NCBI GenBank assembly: GCA_050330095.1
Contig: JBHJOC010000007.1
Span: 2,820 to 66,819, forward strand
Length of the DNA: 64,000 nucleotides
Direction of reading: 5' to 3'
Source: Hyphomicrobiaceae bacterium
Lineage (GTDB): Bacteria > Pseudomonadota > Alphaproteobacteria > Rhizobiales > Hyphomicrobiaceae
Shown: in pieces, positions 31,126 through 40,299 of the stretch
Position numbering within the stretch: position 1 is the first letter of the stretch
How the letters are laid out: each line of letters starts with the position of its first letter
Made by a program: the position numbers and the translations under genes
Notes under the pieces: generated by a model
The model's input: only the letters and a program-made list of their open reading frames with translations
Told to the model about the DNA's origin: nothing
Database searches by the model: none

Positions 31126-31515
31126 TCAGGCCGGGATCGAGGTGGCGCCGCCGGTGAAGTACATCGCGGCTCCAAAGACCACCGCGAAAACGATCGCCGT
31201 CATGAGCGCGTTCACGAAGCGGCTCTGAAACGACAGCATGTTCGCGATCAGGTCGATCACGAAGACGATGCCGGCCGCGGTCGCAATCAACTGGACGAGC
31301 ATTGCCTGGCTCATCTGCCGGACTTCTGGCGGCAGCATCGCCTGATCGACGAAATAAAACAGCGCAGCATAAATCGCGGCAAACACGATCGCGGTGACGA
31401 GCGCGTTCACGAAGCGGCTTTTGAACGACAGCAGGTTGCCGATATAGCCGATGACGAATAAGACGCCTGCGCCAGCGAGCACTTTCGTGAGCATGGCGGT
31501 TTCAGCGGGCGACAT
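31126..31515 (-). CDS. Small four-TM membrane protein with an internal tandem duplication
   Basis: The ATG at 31513-31515 follows GGAGGAG. The two halves share N(L/M)LSF(K/Q)SRFVNAL(V/M)TAIVFA. I recognise no family. Confidence 0.6.
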   Translation of the reverse strand: MSPAETAMLTKVLAGAGVLFVIGYIGNLLSFKSRFVNALVTAIVFAAIYAALFYFVDQAMLPPEVRQMSQAMLVQLIATAAGIVFVIDLIANMLSFQSRFVNALMTAIVFAVVFGAAMYFTGGATSIPA

Positions 31516-31700
31516 GGTTGCACTCCTCCGTTCGGCCTGGAGGTTCCCCCTCCGGCGCGGCGAGGTGCATACCGTGCTTATGTGTCGATTGTGTACCCTT
31601 GTCGTGCGGTGCGGCAACAAAAAGGGCGCCCATGGGAGGGCGCCCGGCTTCCGGGTCGTGGTCATTCGTCGTAGCCGCGATCAAGTTCGAGGTCGGGACC

Positions 31701-34013
31701 TCAAACCTTGAGGGCTGGATGGCCCGCGGCACGAGCCGAATCTATGGCGGCGAGCACACGCGGCGGCGACATCGGCAACTGCTCGAAGCGCAGCCCCGTG
31801 GCATCGCGTACGGCGTTGGCGACCGTCGCCATTGGCGGAACGATTGGGGTTTCGCCGATCCCGCGCACGCCGTAAGGATGGCGTGGGTTCGGCACCTCAA
31901 CGATGATCGTATCGATCATCGGCAGGTCGGATGCGACGGGGATGCGATAGTCAAGGAAGCCGGCGTTCTGGAGCTTTCCGTCCGGGCCGTAGATATATTC
32001 CTCGTTGAGCGCCCAGCCGATGCCCTGCGCTGCGCCGCCCTGGAACTGCCCCTCAACGTACGAGGGGTGGATCGCTCGGCCAGCATCCTGGATCGCCGTG
32101 TAGCGGACGACGGAGACCCGCCCGGTCTCGGGATCGACTTCGACGTCCGCAAGGTGCACCCCGAAGGACGGCGCCGCACCCTGAGCGTTGATCTGGGCAA
32201 CACCGGTGATCGGCCCGCCCGTCTTGCCAGCCAGACGTCCGATCTGGGCAAGTGACATCGGCTCGTGCTGTCCTGCGTTCGGGCCCGCGGGTCGGATCAT
32301 GCCGTCCTCGAACTCGACCGCATCTTCGGGGATGTCCCAAAGCTTGGCCGCGCGCGCGCAGGCTTGTTTGATGACCGACCGTGCGGCTTCAACGGTCGCC
32401 ATGCCACTCGAGAATGTGGACCGCGACCCGCCGGTGAGGAAGTTGTACCCGAGCGACGCCGTATCCGCGATGATCGGCCGGATCTTGTGATAGTCGACAC
32501 CGAGTTCTTCAGCCGCCATCATGCACAGCGAGGCACGCAGACCGCCGATGTCTGGGGTGCCGGCAACCAGTGTGAACGTTCCGTCCTCGTTCAACGACAG
32601 GTTGACGCTTGTCTCGCCACCGATGTTGAACCAGAAGCCGGCCGCAACCCCGCGGCCCTGGTTCTTGCCCAGCGGCGCGTTCCAGTGGTCAGAGCTGCGG
32701 GCTGCTTCAAGGCACTCGATCAGGCCGACCGGGCCGAATTTCGGGCCATAGGCTGCCTTTGTGCCCTCTTTGGCCGCGTTCTTGAGCCGCAACGCGATCG
32801 GGCAGATACCGATCTCGCGGGCAAGCTCGTCAATCACGCTCTCGACGGCAAACTCTGAGATCGGTCCACCGGGTGCCCGATAGGCTGCGACTTTGGGCCG
32901 GTTGGTGACGATGTCGTAGCCGTACGAGTGCACGTTCTCGAGGTCGTAGGGTGCAAACGCGCACATCGCGCCGGGGCCGACGGGTGAACCCTGGAATGCG
33001 CCGGCCTGGTAGAAAAGTTCAGCCTCACCGGCGGTGATGCGGCCATTCTTTTTGGCGCCGATCTTGACGCGAACGTGCGCGCCCGAAGTCGGGCCCGACG
33101 CTCTGAACACCTCTTCCCGCGTCATGACCATCTTGACGGGGCGGCCGGCCTTTTTCGAGAGCGCGAGCGCGACAGGCTCAAGGTAGACGACGGTCTTGCC
33201 ACCGAAACCGCCGCCGATTTCGGTCGCGTTGACTTTCAGCTTCGAGATGTCCCAGCCGAGCAGGCGCGCGCAGTGGGCCCGCACGATCCATTGGCCCTGG
33301 GTCGTCACCCACAACTCGGCCACGCCATCAGCCGAGACACTCGCGACACATGCGTGTGGTTCGATGTAGCCCTGGTGAACGGGCTTCGTATCGAAGCTGC
33401 GCTCGATGATGATGTCCGCGTCGGCGAATCCTTTGGCGACATCGCCGATGGCGAAGTCGACTTTCTTGGCGATGTTCGACGGCTGCTCTGGTTTCGGCTC
33501 GACACCGGCTGTGAACATATCATCGAACAGGAGCGGTGCACCCGGTTTGATTGCATCCAGCACCTCGATCACGTGCGGCAGCACCTCGTACTCGACCTCG
33601 ATCAGCTTCAGCGCCGCCTTGGCGATCGCCGGCGTGGTGGCTGCGACGGCCGCAACAGCGTGCCCCTCGTAAAGGACCTTCTCGCGCGCCATCACATTGC
33701 GAACAACGTCTCGGTAGTTCACCAGCATTTCGCCAGCGGGCACGAACTCGCTTGCCTGATCGAGGAAGTCGTCGCGGGTGACCACCGCCTTGACGCCGGG
33801 GAGGGCCTCGGCCTTGGACGTGTCGATCCGAACAAGTCGCGCGTGCGCGTGCGGCGAGCGCAAAACCTTGCCGTGAATCTGGTTGGCGACATTGATGTCG
33901 GCGCCGAACTTCGCCTTTCCGGTGACCTTATCGACACCATCCGGGCGGACCGGTCTGGTGCCAATCCAGTTGAATTCAGGCCCGACAGGGGGATTGCCAA
34001 CTTTTTCCTGCAT
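31701..34013 (-). CDS. Xanthine dehydrogenase-family molybdopterin-binding large subunit
   Basis: 770-aa product with aldehyde oxidase/XDH a/b-hammerhead and Moco-binding regions. It contains AAYRAPGGP rather than the CO-dehydrogenase signatures. The ATG at 34011-34013 lies 4 nt after the small-subunit stop. Confidence 0.9.
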   Translation of the reverse strand: MQEKVGNPPVGPEFNWIGTRPVRPDGVDKVTGKAKFGADINVANQIHGKVLRSPHAHARLVRIDTSKAEALPGVKAVVTRDDFLDQASEFVPAGEMLVNYRDVVRNVMAREKVLYEGHAVAAVAATTPAIAKAALKLIEVEYEVLPHVIEVLDAIKPGAPLLFDDMFTAGVEPKPEQPSNIAKKVDFAIGDVAKGFADADIIIERSFDTKPVHQGYIEPHACVASVSADGVAELWVTTQGQWIVRAHCARLLGWDISKLKVNATEIGGGFGGKTVVYLEPVALALSKKAGRPVKMVMTREEVFRASGPTSGAHVRVKIGAKKNGRITAGEAELFYQAGAFQGSPVGPGAMCAFAPYDLENVHSYGYDIVTNRPKVAAYRAPGGPISEFAVESVIDELAREIGICPIALRLKNAAKEGTKAAYGPKFGPVGLIECLEAARSSDHWNAPLGKNQGRGVAAGFWFNIGGETSVNLSLNEDGTFTLVAGTPDIGGLRASLCMMAAEELGVDYHKIRPIIADTASLGYNFLTGGSRSTFSSGMATVEAARSVIKQACARAAKLWDIPEDAVEFEDGMIRPAGPNAGQHEPMSLAQIGRLAGKTGGPITGVAQINAQGAAPSFGVHLADVEVDPETGRVSVVRYTAIQDAGRAIHPSYVEGQFQGGAAQGIGWALNEEYIYGPDGKLQNAGFLDYRIPVASDLPMIDTIIVEVPNPRHPYGVRGIGETPIVPPMATVANAVRDATGLRFEQLPMSPPRVLAAIDSARAAGHPALKV

Positions 34014-34017
34014 CGGT

Positions 34018-34518
34018 TCAGGCTCCCATCTCAGAACGCAATTGCGGTTCTTGGCGCATCTCGGCAGCAGCATCCATTACGGCACGCACGATCTTGTCGT
34101 AACCTGTGCACCGACAGAGGTTGCCGGCAAGCCAGTAGCGCACCTCCGTTTCGGTCGGGTTGGGGTTCTTTGCGAGCAAGGCCTTCCCCGCGACGAGGAA
34201 GCCCGGCGTGCAAATCCCGCATTGTAGCGCGGCGTGCTCGAGAAACTTACGTTGCAGCGGATGCAACGCGTCGCCCTCCGCCATCCCCTCGATCGTCTCG
34301 ACGTCAGAGCCATTCGCCTCAGCCCCGAGAACAAGGCAGGCGCAGACAAGACGCCCGTCGACCAGGACCGAGCAGGCTCCGCAGTCGCCGGTGCCACAGC
34401 CCTCTTTCGTGCCTGTGAGATCAAGTTCGTCCCGCAGCACGTCGAGCAAGGTCTGGCTCGGGTCAACAAGGACCTCGACCGGGTCTCCGTTGACGTTGAA
34501 TGAGACATGCATTTTCAT
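34018..34518 (-). CDS. (2Fe-2S)-binding small subunit of the molybdo-hydroxylase
   Basis: Two cluster motifs, CGTGDCGACSV and CGICTPG. The ATG at 34516-34518 follows GGAGGA. Confidence 0.9.
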   Translation of the reverse strand: MKMHVSFNVNGDPVEVLVDPSQTLLDVLRDELDLTGTKEGCGTGDCGACSVLVDGRLVCACLVLGAEANGSDVETIEGMAEGDALHPLQRKFLEHAALQCGICTPGFLVAGKALLAKNPNPTETEVRYWLAGNLCRCTGYDKIVRAVMDAAAEMRQEPQLRSEMGA

Positions 34519-34612
34519 TTGGACTGTTCCTCCAGGCTCGCGCACCGCCTGCGTTTGGCAAATGCGGGCGCCTGACATCATCATGTTGCTTGGGTTGCGC
34601 GTCCGTCCGTTT

Positions 34613-35470
34613 TCAGCTGCCAGCGCGATCGTAGGCGAGTTCGGCGACGCGGCGTGCCAGAACGCCTGCGACTTGAACGCGGAACTGTCGCGTGCCGCGC
34701 TTGTCGTCGATGGGCCGGCAGGCCGCACGCGCTGCTGCGTCCAAGGCGGCAAGCGCCTCCTCGTCGAGTGATGTCCCGATGATCGCGTCCGCGGCTGCTG
34801 GCACGAGCAGTGGCCGCTCGGCAACGGCGCCGAGCGCGACGCGGGCGTCCGCGATCGTGCCGTCCGGGGCGACGATCACGTTCACCCCACAGCCGACGAC
34901 CGCGATGTCCATCTCGGTTCGCGGAATGAACCGCTGATAGGCGTCGCCAGAGCGATGCGGACGCGCTGGGAAGCGAAACGACACGATGAATTCATCAGGG
35001 CCGATCGAAAGTTTGCGCGGCCCAACCATGACGTCCTCGACGCGAACCTGTCGCAAGCCCTGGCGGCTTGCAACGTTTGCGGTCGCGCCAGCGGCGATCA
35101 TCGCCGGCACGCTGTCTGCGGCTGGGGAGCCGTTGCATAGATTTCCGCCGAGTGACGCCCGCCCCATGATCTGGGTCGATCCAATGAGCCACGCGGCCTC
35201 TGCCACACCCGGCCAAGCGGCTGCAAAACCTTCGTGCTCGTTCAGTTCCGCTGCAGACACCGCCGCCCCGACGACGAAGCCGTCGGCCGTCTCAACGATC
35301 GAGCGCGTCTCGTCGATCTTCTTGATGTCGACGACGAGATCGGGCTCGATCATGTCCGTGCGAAGCTGGACGAGCAGGTCGGTTCCGCCGGCAAGGATCT
35401 TGGTCGAGCCCTCGCTCGAGCCAAGCAGCGCGATCGCAGCGTCGAGCGATCGAGGCGCTTCATAACGCAT
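34613..35470 (-). CDS. FAD-binding medium subunit of the molybdo-hydroxylase (CoxM/XdhB-like)
   Basis: FAD-binding GGTDLLV and an overall CO dehydrogenase flavoprotein-like fold. The ATG at 35468-35470 follows GAGGAA. Confidence 0.85.
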   Translation of the reverse strand: MRYEAPRSLDAAIALLGSSEGSTKILAGGTDLLVQLRTDMIEPDLVVDIKKIDETRSIVETADGFVVGAAVSAAELNEHEGFAAAWPGVAEAAWLIGSTQIMGRASLGGNLCNGSPAADSVPAMIAAGATANVASRQGLRQVRVEDVMVGPRKLSIGPDEFIVSFRFPARPHRSGDAYQRFIPRTEMDIAVVGCGVNVIVAPDGTIADARVALGAVAERPLLVPAAADAIIGTSLDEEALAALDAAARAACRPIDDKRGTRQFRVQVAGVLARRVAELAYDRAGS

Positions 35471-35695
35471 GGGCGTTCCTCTGATGAGCTGTGTTTTTTG
35501 GACTGGGATGACCCAATCAACCACATCCGTCGTCGTGTTCCAAGGCCGCTCTCAGCCGAGCTTGCATTTAACGCGCATTGGAGACGCTGCACGCTGAGGC
35601 ACATATGCCGCGTGATGCAAGTTTCGGGTCGCCTGCGCGGAACGGTCTGGGGTAGGTCTCGCGGCTATGCTCAGTCGAAACGCGGAGGTCTGGCG

Positions 35696-36640
35696 ATGCG
35701 CGACGAACATCGGATTTCAGCCGCTCAGGTTCGCGCTACGGACGGCCCAGACGGTTCGAAGCCGGATCTGTCTCAGCCAGACGGGTCCCGGCAAAGCGAC
35801 TACGAAATTGTCAGGTCCGCGATCCGCTTCCTGTCCGAGACCAGTGACCAGCAGCCGGATCTTGACCGTCTAGCCTCCCATGTCGGCCTCTCACCATCGC
35901 AATGCCAGAAGGTGTTCAAACGCTGGTGTGGCTTGTCACCCAAAGAGTTTCTGCAGGCCATCACCATCGACAGGGCACGCGAGCTGTTGCGCGGATCGGC
36001 GAGCCTTCTTGATTGCGCGATGGATGTCGGTCTGTCCGGGACAGGGCGCCTGCATGACCTTTTTCTGGATCACGAGGCCATGACGCCCGGTGAGTACAAG
36101 CGTGGGGGCGCCGGACTCGTACTGGCCTACGGCTTTCACCGGACGCCGTTCGGCGACGCCATGGTCACCGCAACCCGCCGTGGACTTGCAGGGCTCGCGT
36201 TTGTGGACGAGGACGCGGGCCAGACACGCACTGAAGTAATGGCAGATATGCAGGCGCGATGGCCGCTGGCAGAGTTTGTTCCTGACGACGAGCAGGCCCG
36301 GTCACTTGCGCGCCGCATTTTTGATCCGGCCTGCTGGCAACCCGGCCAGCCGATCAGGATCGTGATGATCGGTACGGATTTCGAGGTTCGGGTCTGGGAA
36401 ACGCTGTTGCGAATCCCGATGGGCCGCGCAGTCAGCTATGCTGACATTGCCCGCCACATCGGCAAGCCAACCGCCGCGCGCGCGGTTGGTTCTGCCGTCG
36501 GTCGAAATCCAATATCGTTCGTTGTGCCGTGTCACAGGGTTTTGCGCGGTGACGGTTCGCTCGGCGGTTATCATTGGGGCCTGACCCGCAAACGGGCGAT
36601 GATCGGGTGGGAGATCGGGAAGGTCAGTGCGGCACCCTGA
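35696..36640 (+). CDS. AraC-type HTH fused to O6-alkylguanine-DNA methyltransferase (Ada-like regulator/repair protein)
   Basis: AraC HTH region (LASHVGLSPSQCQKVFKRWCGLSPKEF) followed by an MGMT domain with active site VPCHRV. The ATG at 35696 follows GGAGG. The ORF-track start at 35234 is antisense to the neighbouring gene. Confidence 0.85.
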   Translation: MRDEHRISAAQVRATDGPDGSKPDLSQPDGSRQSDYEIVRSAIRFLSETSDQQPDLDRLASHVGLSPSQCQKVFKRWCGLSPKEFLQAITIDRARELLRGSASLLDCAMDVGLSGTGRLHDLFLDHEAMTPGEYKRGGAGLVLAYGFHRTPFGDAMVTATRRGLAGLAFVDEDAGQTRTEVMADMQARWPLAEFVPDDEQARSLARRIFDPACWQPGQPIRIVMIGTDFEVRVWETLLRIPMGRAVSYADIARHIGKPTAARAVGSAVGRNPISFVVPCHRVLRGDGSLGGYHWGLTRKRAMIGWEIGKVSAAP

Positions 36641-36863
36641 TCACGCAGCGATGCGTGCAGAATGGCGCACGGTCATCAGGGCATCAACGCATGCGCGCGC
36701 ATTCACGGGCGCGAGCCGTCCACTGCCATCATGGTCCGTGCGCCCACTCCCGCGTTGACGTTCCGGCGTGGACGCGCGAACGGAGGCGACAGCGGCACGA
36801 ATCTATAGTCGAGGTTCGCATCAATGCAGCGCGTTGCAGCCGCATTTGAGGAGATGTTGGGTG

Positions 36864-37478
36864 ATGGCCGATGTTCATGTGCACCGCGCAGACTTGCCGG
36901 ACGGCCTGAGCTTTGGTGCGGTCGCCGCGATTGATACCGAGACGCTTGGGCTCAGGCCGCACCGGGACAGGCTGTGCCTCGTGCAGCTGTCGGCCGGCGA
37001 TGGAACCGTTCATCTGGTTCAGATCGGACGCGGGCAGAAGACCGCGCCCAATCTCGCCGCACTGCTCGCCGACCCTTCAGTCACGAAGCTGTTTCATTTC
37101 GCGCGGTTCGACGTGGCAGTGCTCTGTCACGCCTTCGGCGTTTTGCCGGCGCCGATCTATTGCACCAAGATCGCGTCGAAGCTGGTGCGGACCTACACCG
37201 ACCGGCATGGGCTGAAGGACTTGTGCTCCGAGTTGATCGGCGTCGATCTGTCCAAGCAGCAGCAGAGTTCGGATTGGGCGTCTGACGAACTGACGCCGCA
37301 ACAGATCGCTTATGCGGCCTCGGACGTGCTCTATCTGCACGCCCTGCGTGAGAAGCTCGACGTCATGCTCGCGCGCGATGGGCGAGCGGAGCTGGCCGAC
37401 GCTGCATTCTCGTTCGTCCCGACTCGGGCCGCTCTCGATCTTGCTGGCTTCGACGACCTGGACATCTTTGCGCACTGA
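36864..37478 (+). CDS. rnd: Short-form ribonuclease D (3'-5' exonuclease domain)
   Basis: DEDDy exonuclease motifs AIDTETLGL and YAASDVLYLH. 204 aa. It occupies the conserved position upstream of the lpt genes. Confidence 0.85.
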   Translation: MADVHVHRADLPDGLSFGAVAAIDTETLGLRPHRDRLCLVQLSAGDGTVHLVQIGRGQKTAPNLAALLADPSVTKLFHFARFDVAVLCHAFGVLPAPIYCTKIASKLVRTYTDRHGLKDLCSELIGVDLSKQQQSSDWASDELTPQQIAYAASDVLYLHALREKLDVMLARDGRAELADAAFSFVPTRAALDLAGFDDLDIFAH

Positions 37479-37795
37479 GGGCCTCGGCTAACCCCCGCTG
37501 TCCGTCCTTCGTCTGTCACCCGCGTCAGATGCCGGCACGAACTACGGAAAGCGGGTATGGGTGGCTTCTTGTTGGTTGCTTCTGGCCGTAATCTGGCCGC
37601 CGTGATCTGGGTGGAGTGGGCGTAGGGCGCGTGCGCTGCGTCTTCGCCTTGCCTGCAGGTGCCTGCGGAACCGACGTCATTGTGGCTTCGGCTGGTGATT
37701 GTGCTCGGTGACTTTCAACCTGGCGCACGTGAATTGGCACCGGGCGGACGTGATGGCATTATCGCGCGCTGTCGAGACCCGAGCTGAGAATTCCG

Positions 37796-40033
37796 TTGGA
37801 TCAGATCGTTGCCAGATCGTCGCATGGACCGGTTAAGCGCTCGGCTCACCGATCGCACGACCCGTTGCGCGCGCCGAAGGGCCCGGTCGATGCCTCTGAG
37901 CGAAAGCGCGCCTATGAGCGTGCAGCAGTCAACACGCGCGCCGTACGCATTCTGCGGGTTGTTTTCCCACTGCTCGCTGTCGGCCTCGTGTTGCTGTATC
38001 CGCTGTTCTCGCAGCAGCGCGGACTGCAATTCGCCGAGTTCGGTCCAGCGGCCGCCGACGGCCAGGCGCAGGGCCAGGACGAGCGCCAGCGTGGACGCTT
38101 GACGTTCGATAGCACCGCATTGTCGTTGTCTGGCGCAGGGATGTCGAACCCACGCTATGAGGGCTTCAACGCCGACGGCAGCCGCTACACTGTGAGAGCG
38201 GCCCGTGCAACCACCGCAATGCGACCCGGCCAACCGATCGCGCTCGAGACGATCCGCGGTGAGCTGACCGATGCTGCCCAGAATGTCACCCACCTCGCCG
38301 CCACACGCGGGGTGTTCGAGCAGCAGAGCGGCATTCTCGAGTTGGTCGAAGGCATCGAGATCGACCGTGCCGACGGCTTGAAGGCGCGGCTTGCGACAGC
38401 CAAGATCAATACCAAGCTCCGCACCATCGTATCGAGCGAGCCGGTGGCCGTGGAAATGCCGTCCGGTAAGGTCACGGGCCGTACGCTGTCGATCGACCAG
38501 AAATCCCGCGTTGCCGTGTTCGGCGATGGTGTTGATGCGCTGTTTCAGGACAACAGTGCGCCCGTGACGTCAGCTGCACAGCCCGATGCAGCAGGCGCAG
38601 TGCGGGAGGGCCTGCGCGCATCGCCAGGATCCGAAGGTGCCCAGACCAGAGACACGACCCGCACGGCGCAGCGCCTCCAACTCGGCATCGGGCCTGCTGC
38701 GGGAGCTTCGCGCGGTCCCATCCGCGTTACGTCGCAGACGCTAACCATCCACGAGACTGAAAATCGCGCCGTATTCGATCGGAATGTCAGAGCGATGCAG
38801 GGGGATATGGTGATGCAGGCGGCGAGCCTCGCAGTCGCATTCGACCGGCGGGACAACGTCGACACTGGAGGTGCGGCCGGTACACCGCAGTCCCGCCCAA
38901 GCGCTCCGCAGTCGGTTGGCGCAGCGGGCGGAGCGCTCCGCACTGTCACGGCGACGGGTGGCGTGATCATCACTCAGGGGTCGCAAGAGCTACGTGCTCC
39001 GGACGCGCATTTCGATCTGTCGACCGAGACCGGCGCGATGACCGGGGGCGTTGCCATGACTGGGCGTGGCGGCCAAACCGCACGTGGGCAGCGCCTTGAT
39101 TTCGATCAGAAGACACAACGCGCCGTTCTCACAGGCGATGTCGAGCTGCGCCAGGGTGGGAGCACGGCGACGGGGGCTCGCCTCGAACTTGATGAAACGG
39201 CTCAGAGCGCCAGGCTCAGCGGTCGCGTCAAGGTCGTCCAAGGCGACAACGTGCTGAGCGGCGAACTCCTGATTGCGGATCAGGCGTCCAATCGCGCCTC
39301 ATTGACCGGCGACGGCGCCGGTAACAACCGGATCGCGGCGAGCTTCAAGCGCCAAGCGCCATCGGATAGCACCAAACCGCGGGAACGACCGGCGGCGGCA
39401 CCCGCGGCGCGCACAGGCCCTCAGGGATTTGAGTTCGAGACTGATCCCGACGCCCCAATCCTCATTGATGCTGCGCGCCTCGACATCGACGACACGCGCA
39501 AGACTGCAACATTTTCAGGCGACGTGAACGCGCGTCAGGGGCGGTTCACGATCGTTGCACAGCGTTTGGTCGGGACCTACACGGGCAGCTCAGGGATGCT
39601 GCAGGCAAATCCGGGTGATACCGGAACGCAGACTGCGCCACGAACCGCCGCGCCGACCGAACTGCGCGAAATCGTCGCGACGGGCTCCGTGCGGGTCACG
39701 TCAGCGAATGGTCAGACGGCGACCGGTGACCGTGCGGTGTTCGATGTTCGCGCCGACACCGTGACGCTCACCGGAAATGTGACACTCACCCAAGGGCGAA
39801 ACGTGATCCGTGGGTCAGCACTTACGGTCGACATGAAGACCGGCGTGAGCCGGATCGACATGACCGCAGGTTCTGGCCGATCGAATGCAACGTTTTTCAT
39901 AGATGACCTGCAGAACGCAGCCCGCGAACGCAAGCCCGGGGCAACCGCGTCGCCGCCGGCTGCCCAGCGTCCGCCGAGGCCGACTGCGCCGGGTGCGTCC
40001 AGCGGTTGGGCGCCGACGACTGAAAATCGATAA
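37796..40033 (+). CDS. LptC-like membrane-anchored domain fused to two LptA/OstA-like modules in one ORF
   Basis: Uninterrupted 745-codon ORF. It has a TM anchor (ILRVVFPLLAVGLVLLYPLF), an LptC-like region at about aa 115-250, and LptA-like beta-jellyroll motifs repeated at about aa 305-515 and 553-700. It sits between rnd and lptB, where lptC and lptA are expected. The start (TTG at 37796) is uncertain. Confidence 0.75.
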   Translation: MDQIVARSSHGPVKRSAHRSHDPLRAPKGPVDASERKRAYERAAVNTRAVRILRVVFPLLAVGLVLLYPLFSQQRGLQFAEFGPAAADGQAQGQDERQRGRLTFDSTALSLSGAGMSNPRYEGFNADGSRYTVRAARATTAMRPGQPIALETIRGELTDAAQNVTHLAATRGVFEQQSGILELVEGIEIDRADGLKARLATAKINTKLRTIVSSEPVAVEMPSGKVTGRTLSIDQKSRVAVFGDGVDALFQDNSAPVTSAAQPDAAGAVREGLRASPGSEGAQTRDTTRTAQRLQLGIGPAAGASRGPIRVTSQTLTIHETENRAVFDRNVRAMQGDMVMQAASLAVAFDRRDNVDTGGAAGTPQSRPSAPQSVGAAGGALRTVTATGGVIITQGSQELRAPDAHFDLSTETGAMTGGVAMTGRGGQTARGQRLDFDQKTQRAVLTGDVELRQGGSTATGARLELDETAQSARLSGRVKVVQGDNVLSGELLIADQASNRASLTGDGAGNNRIAASFKRQAPSDSTKPRERPAAAPAARTGPQGFEFETDPDAPILIDAARLDIDDTRKTATFSGDVNARQGRFTIVAQRLVGTYTGSSGMLQANPGDTGTQTAPRTAAPTELREIVATGSVRVTSANGQTATGDRAVFDVRADTVTLTGNVTLTQGRNVIRGSALTVDMKTGVSRIDMTAGSGRSNATFFIDDLQNAARERKPGATASPPAAQRPPRPTAPGASSGWAPTTENR

Positions 40034-40299
40034 CCCGCATCGGCGGTCGAGTGGCGTTGACGACAGGCGTTCGGGCCTGCATCGACGTAAGGATCAACTT
40101 GGGCGCGACGCCACACGAGCACGTTGTCTCCCGCTTGCGCCCATGATGTGGTCCAGGTCGTGTGCTTCAAACTTGGAGAAAGAGCCGGGCGCTGCGGCTG
40201 GCCGCACGTCGGAGCCGGTGATGGGCTGCGGTGCATGACGTGAACGCTACAGCGGAGTTTATGCGCGGCGTCTGACGCCGAGTTTGATCGGAGAGGCAT

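Noticed and set aside
33075-34418. 447-aa ORF on the plus strand
   Set aside because: It is antisense to the molybdo-hydroxylase large and small subunits, and the product is Arg-rich, so I treat it as a shadow ORF.
35568-35580. TTAACGCGCA, resembling the E. coli Ada box core (AAAGCGCA), upstream of the Ada-like gene
   Set aside because: The match is imperfect and the Ada operator consensus for alphaproteobacteria is unknown to me. This is too weak to call.
36691-36702. Perfect palindrome ATGCGCGCGCAT upstream of rnd
   Set aside because: Alternating CG palindromes of this length are expected by chance in GC-rich DNA, and nothing in the context supports a function.
37735-37740. TGGCAC, a possible sigma-54 -24 element upstream of the lptC/A ORF
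   Set aside because: The expected -12 element (TTGC, 5 nt downstream) is absent; the sequence continues CGGGCGGACG.
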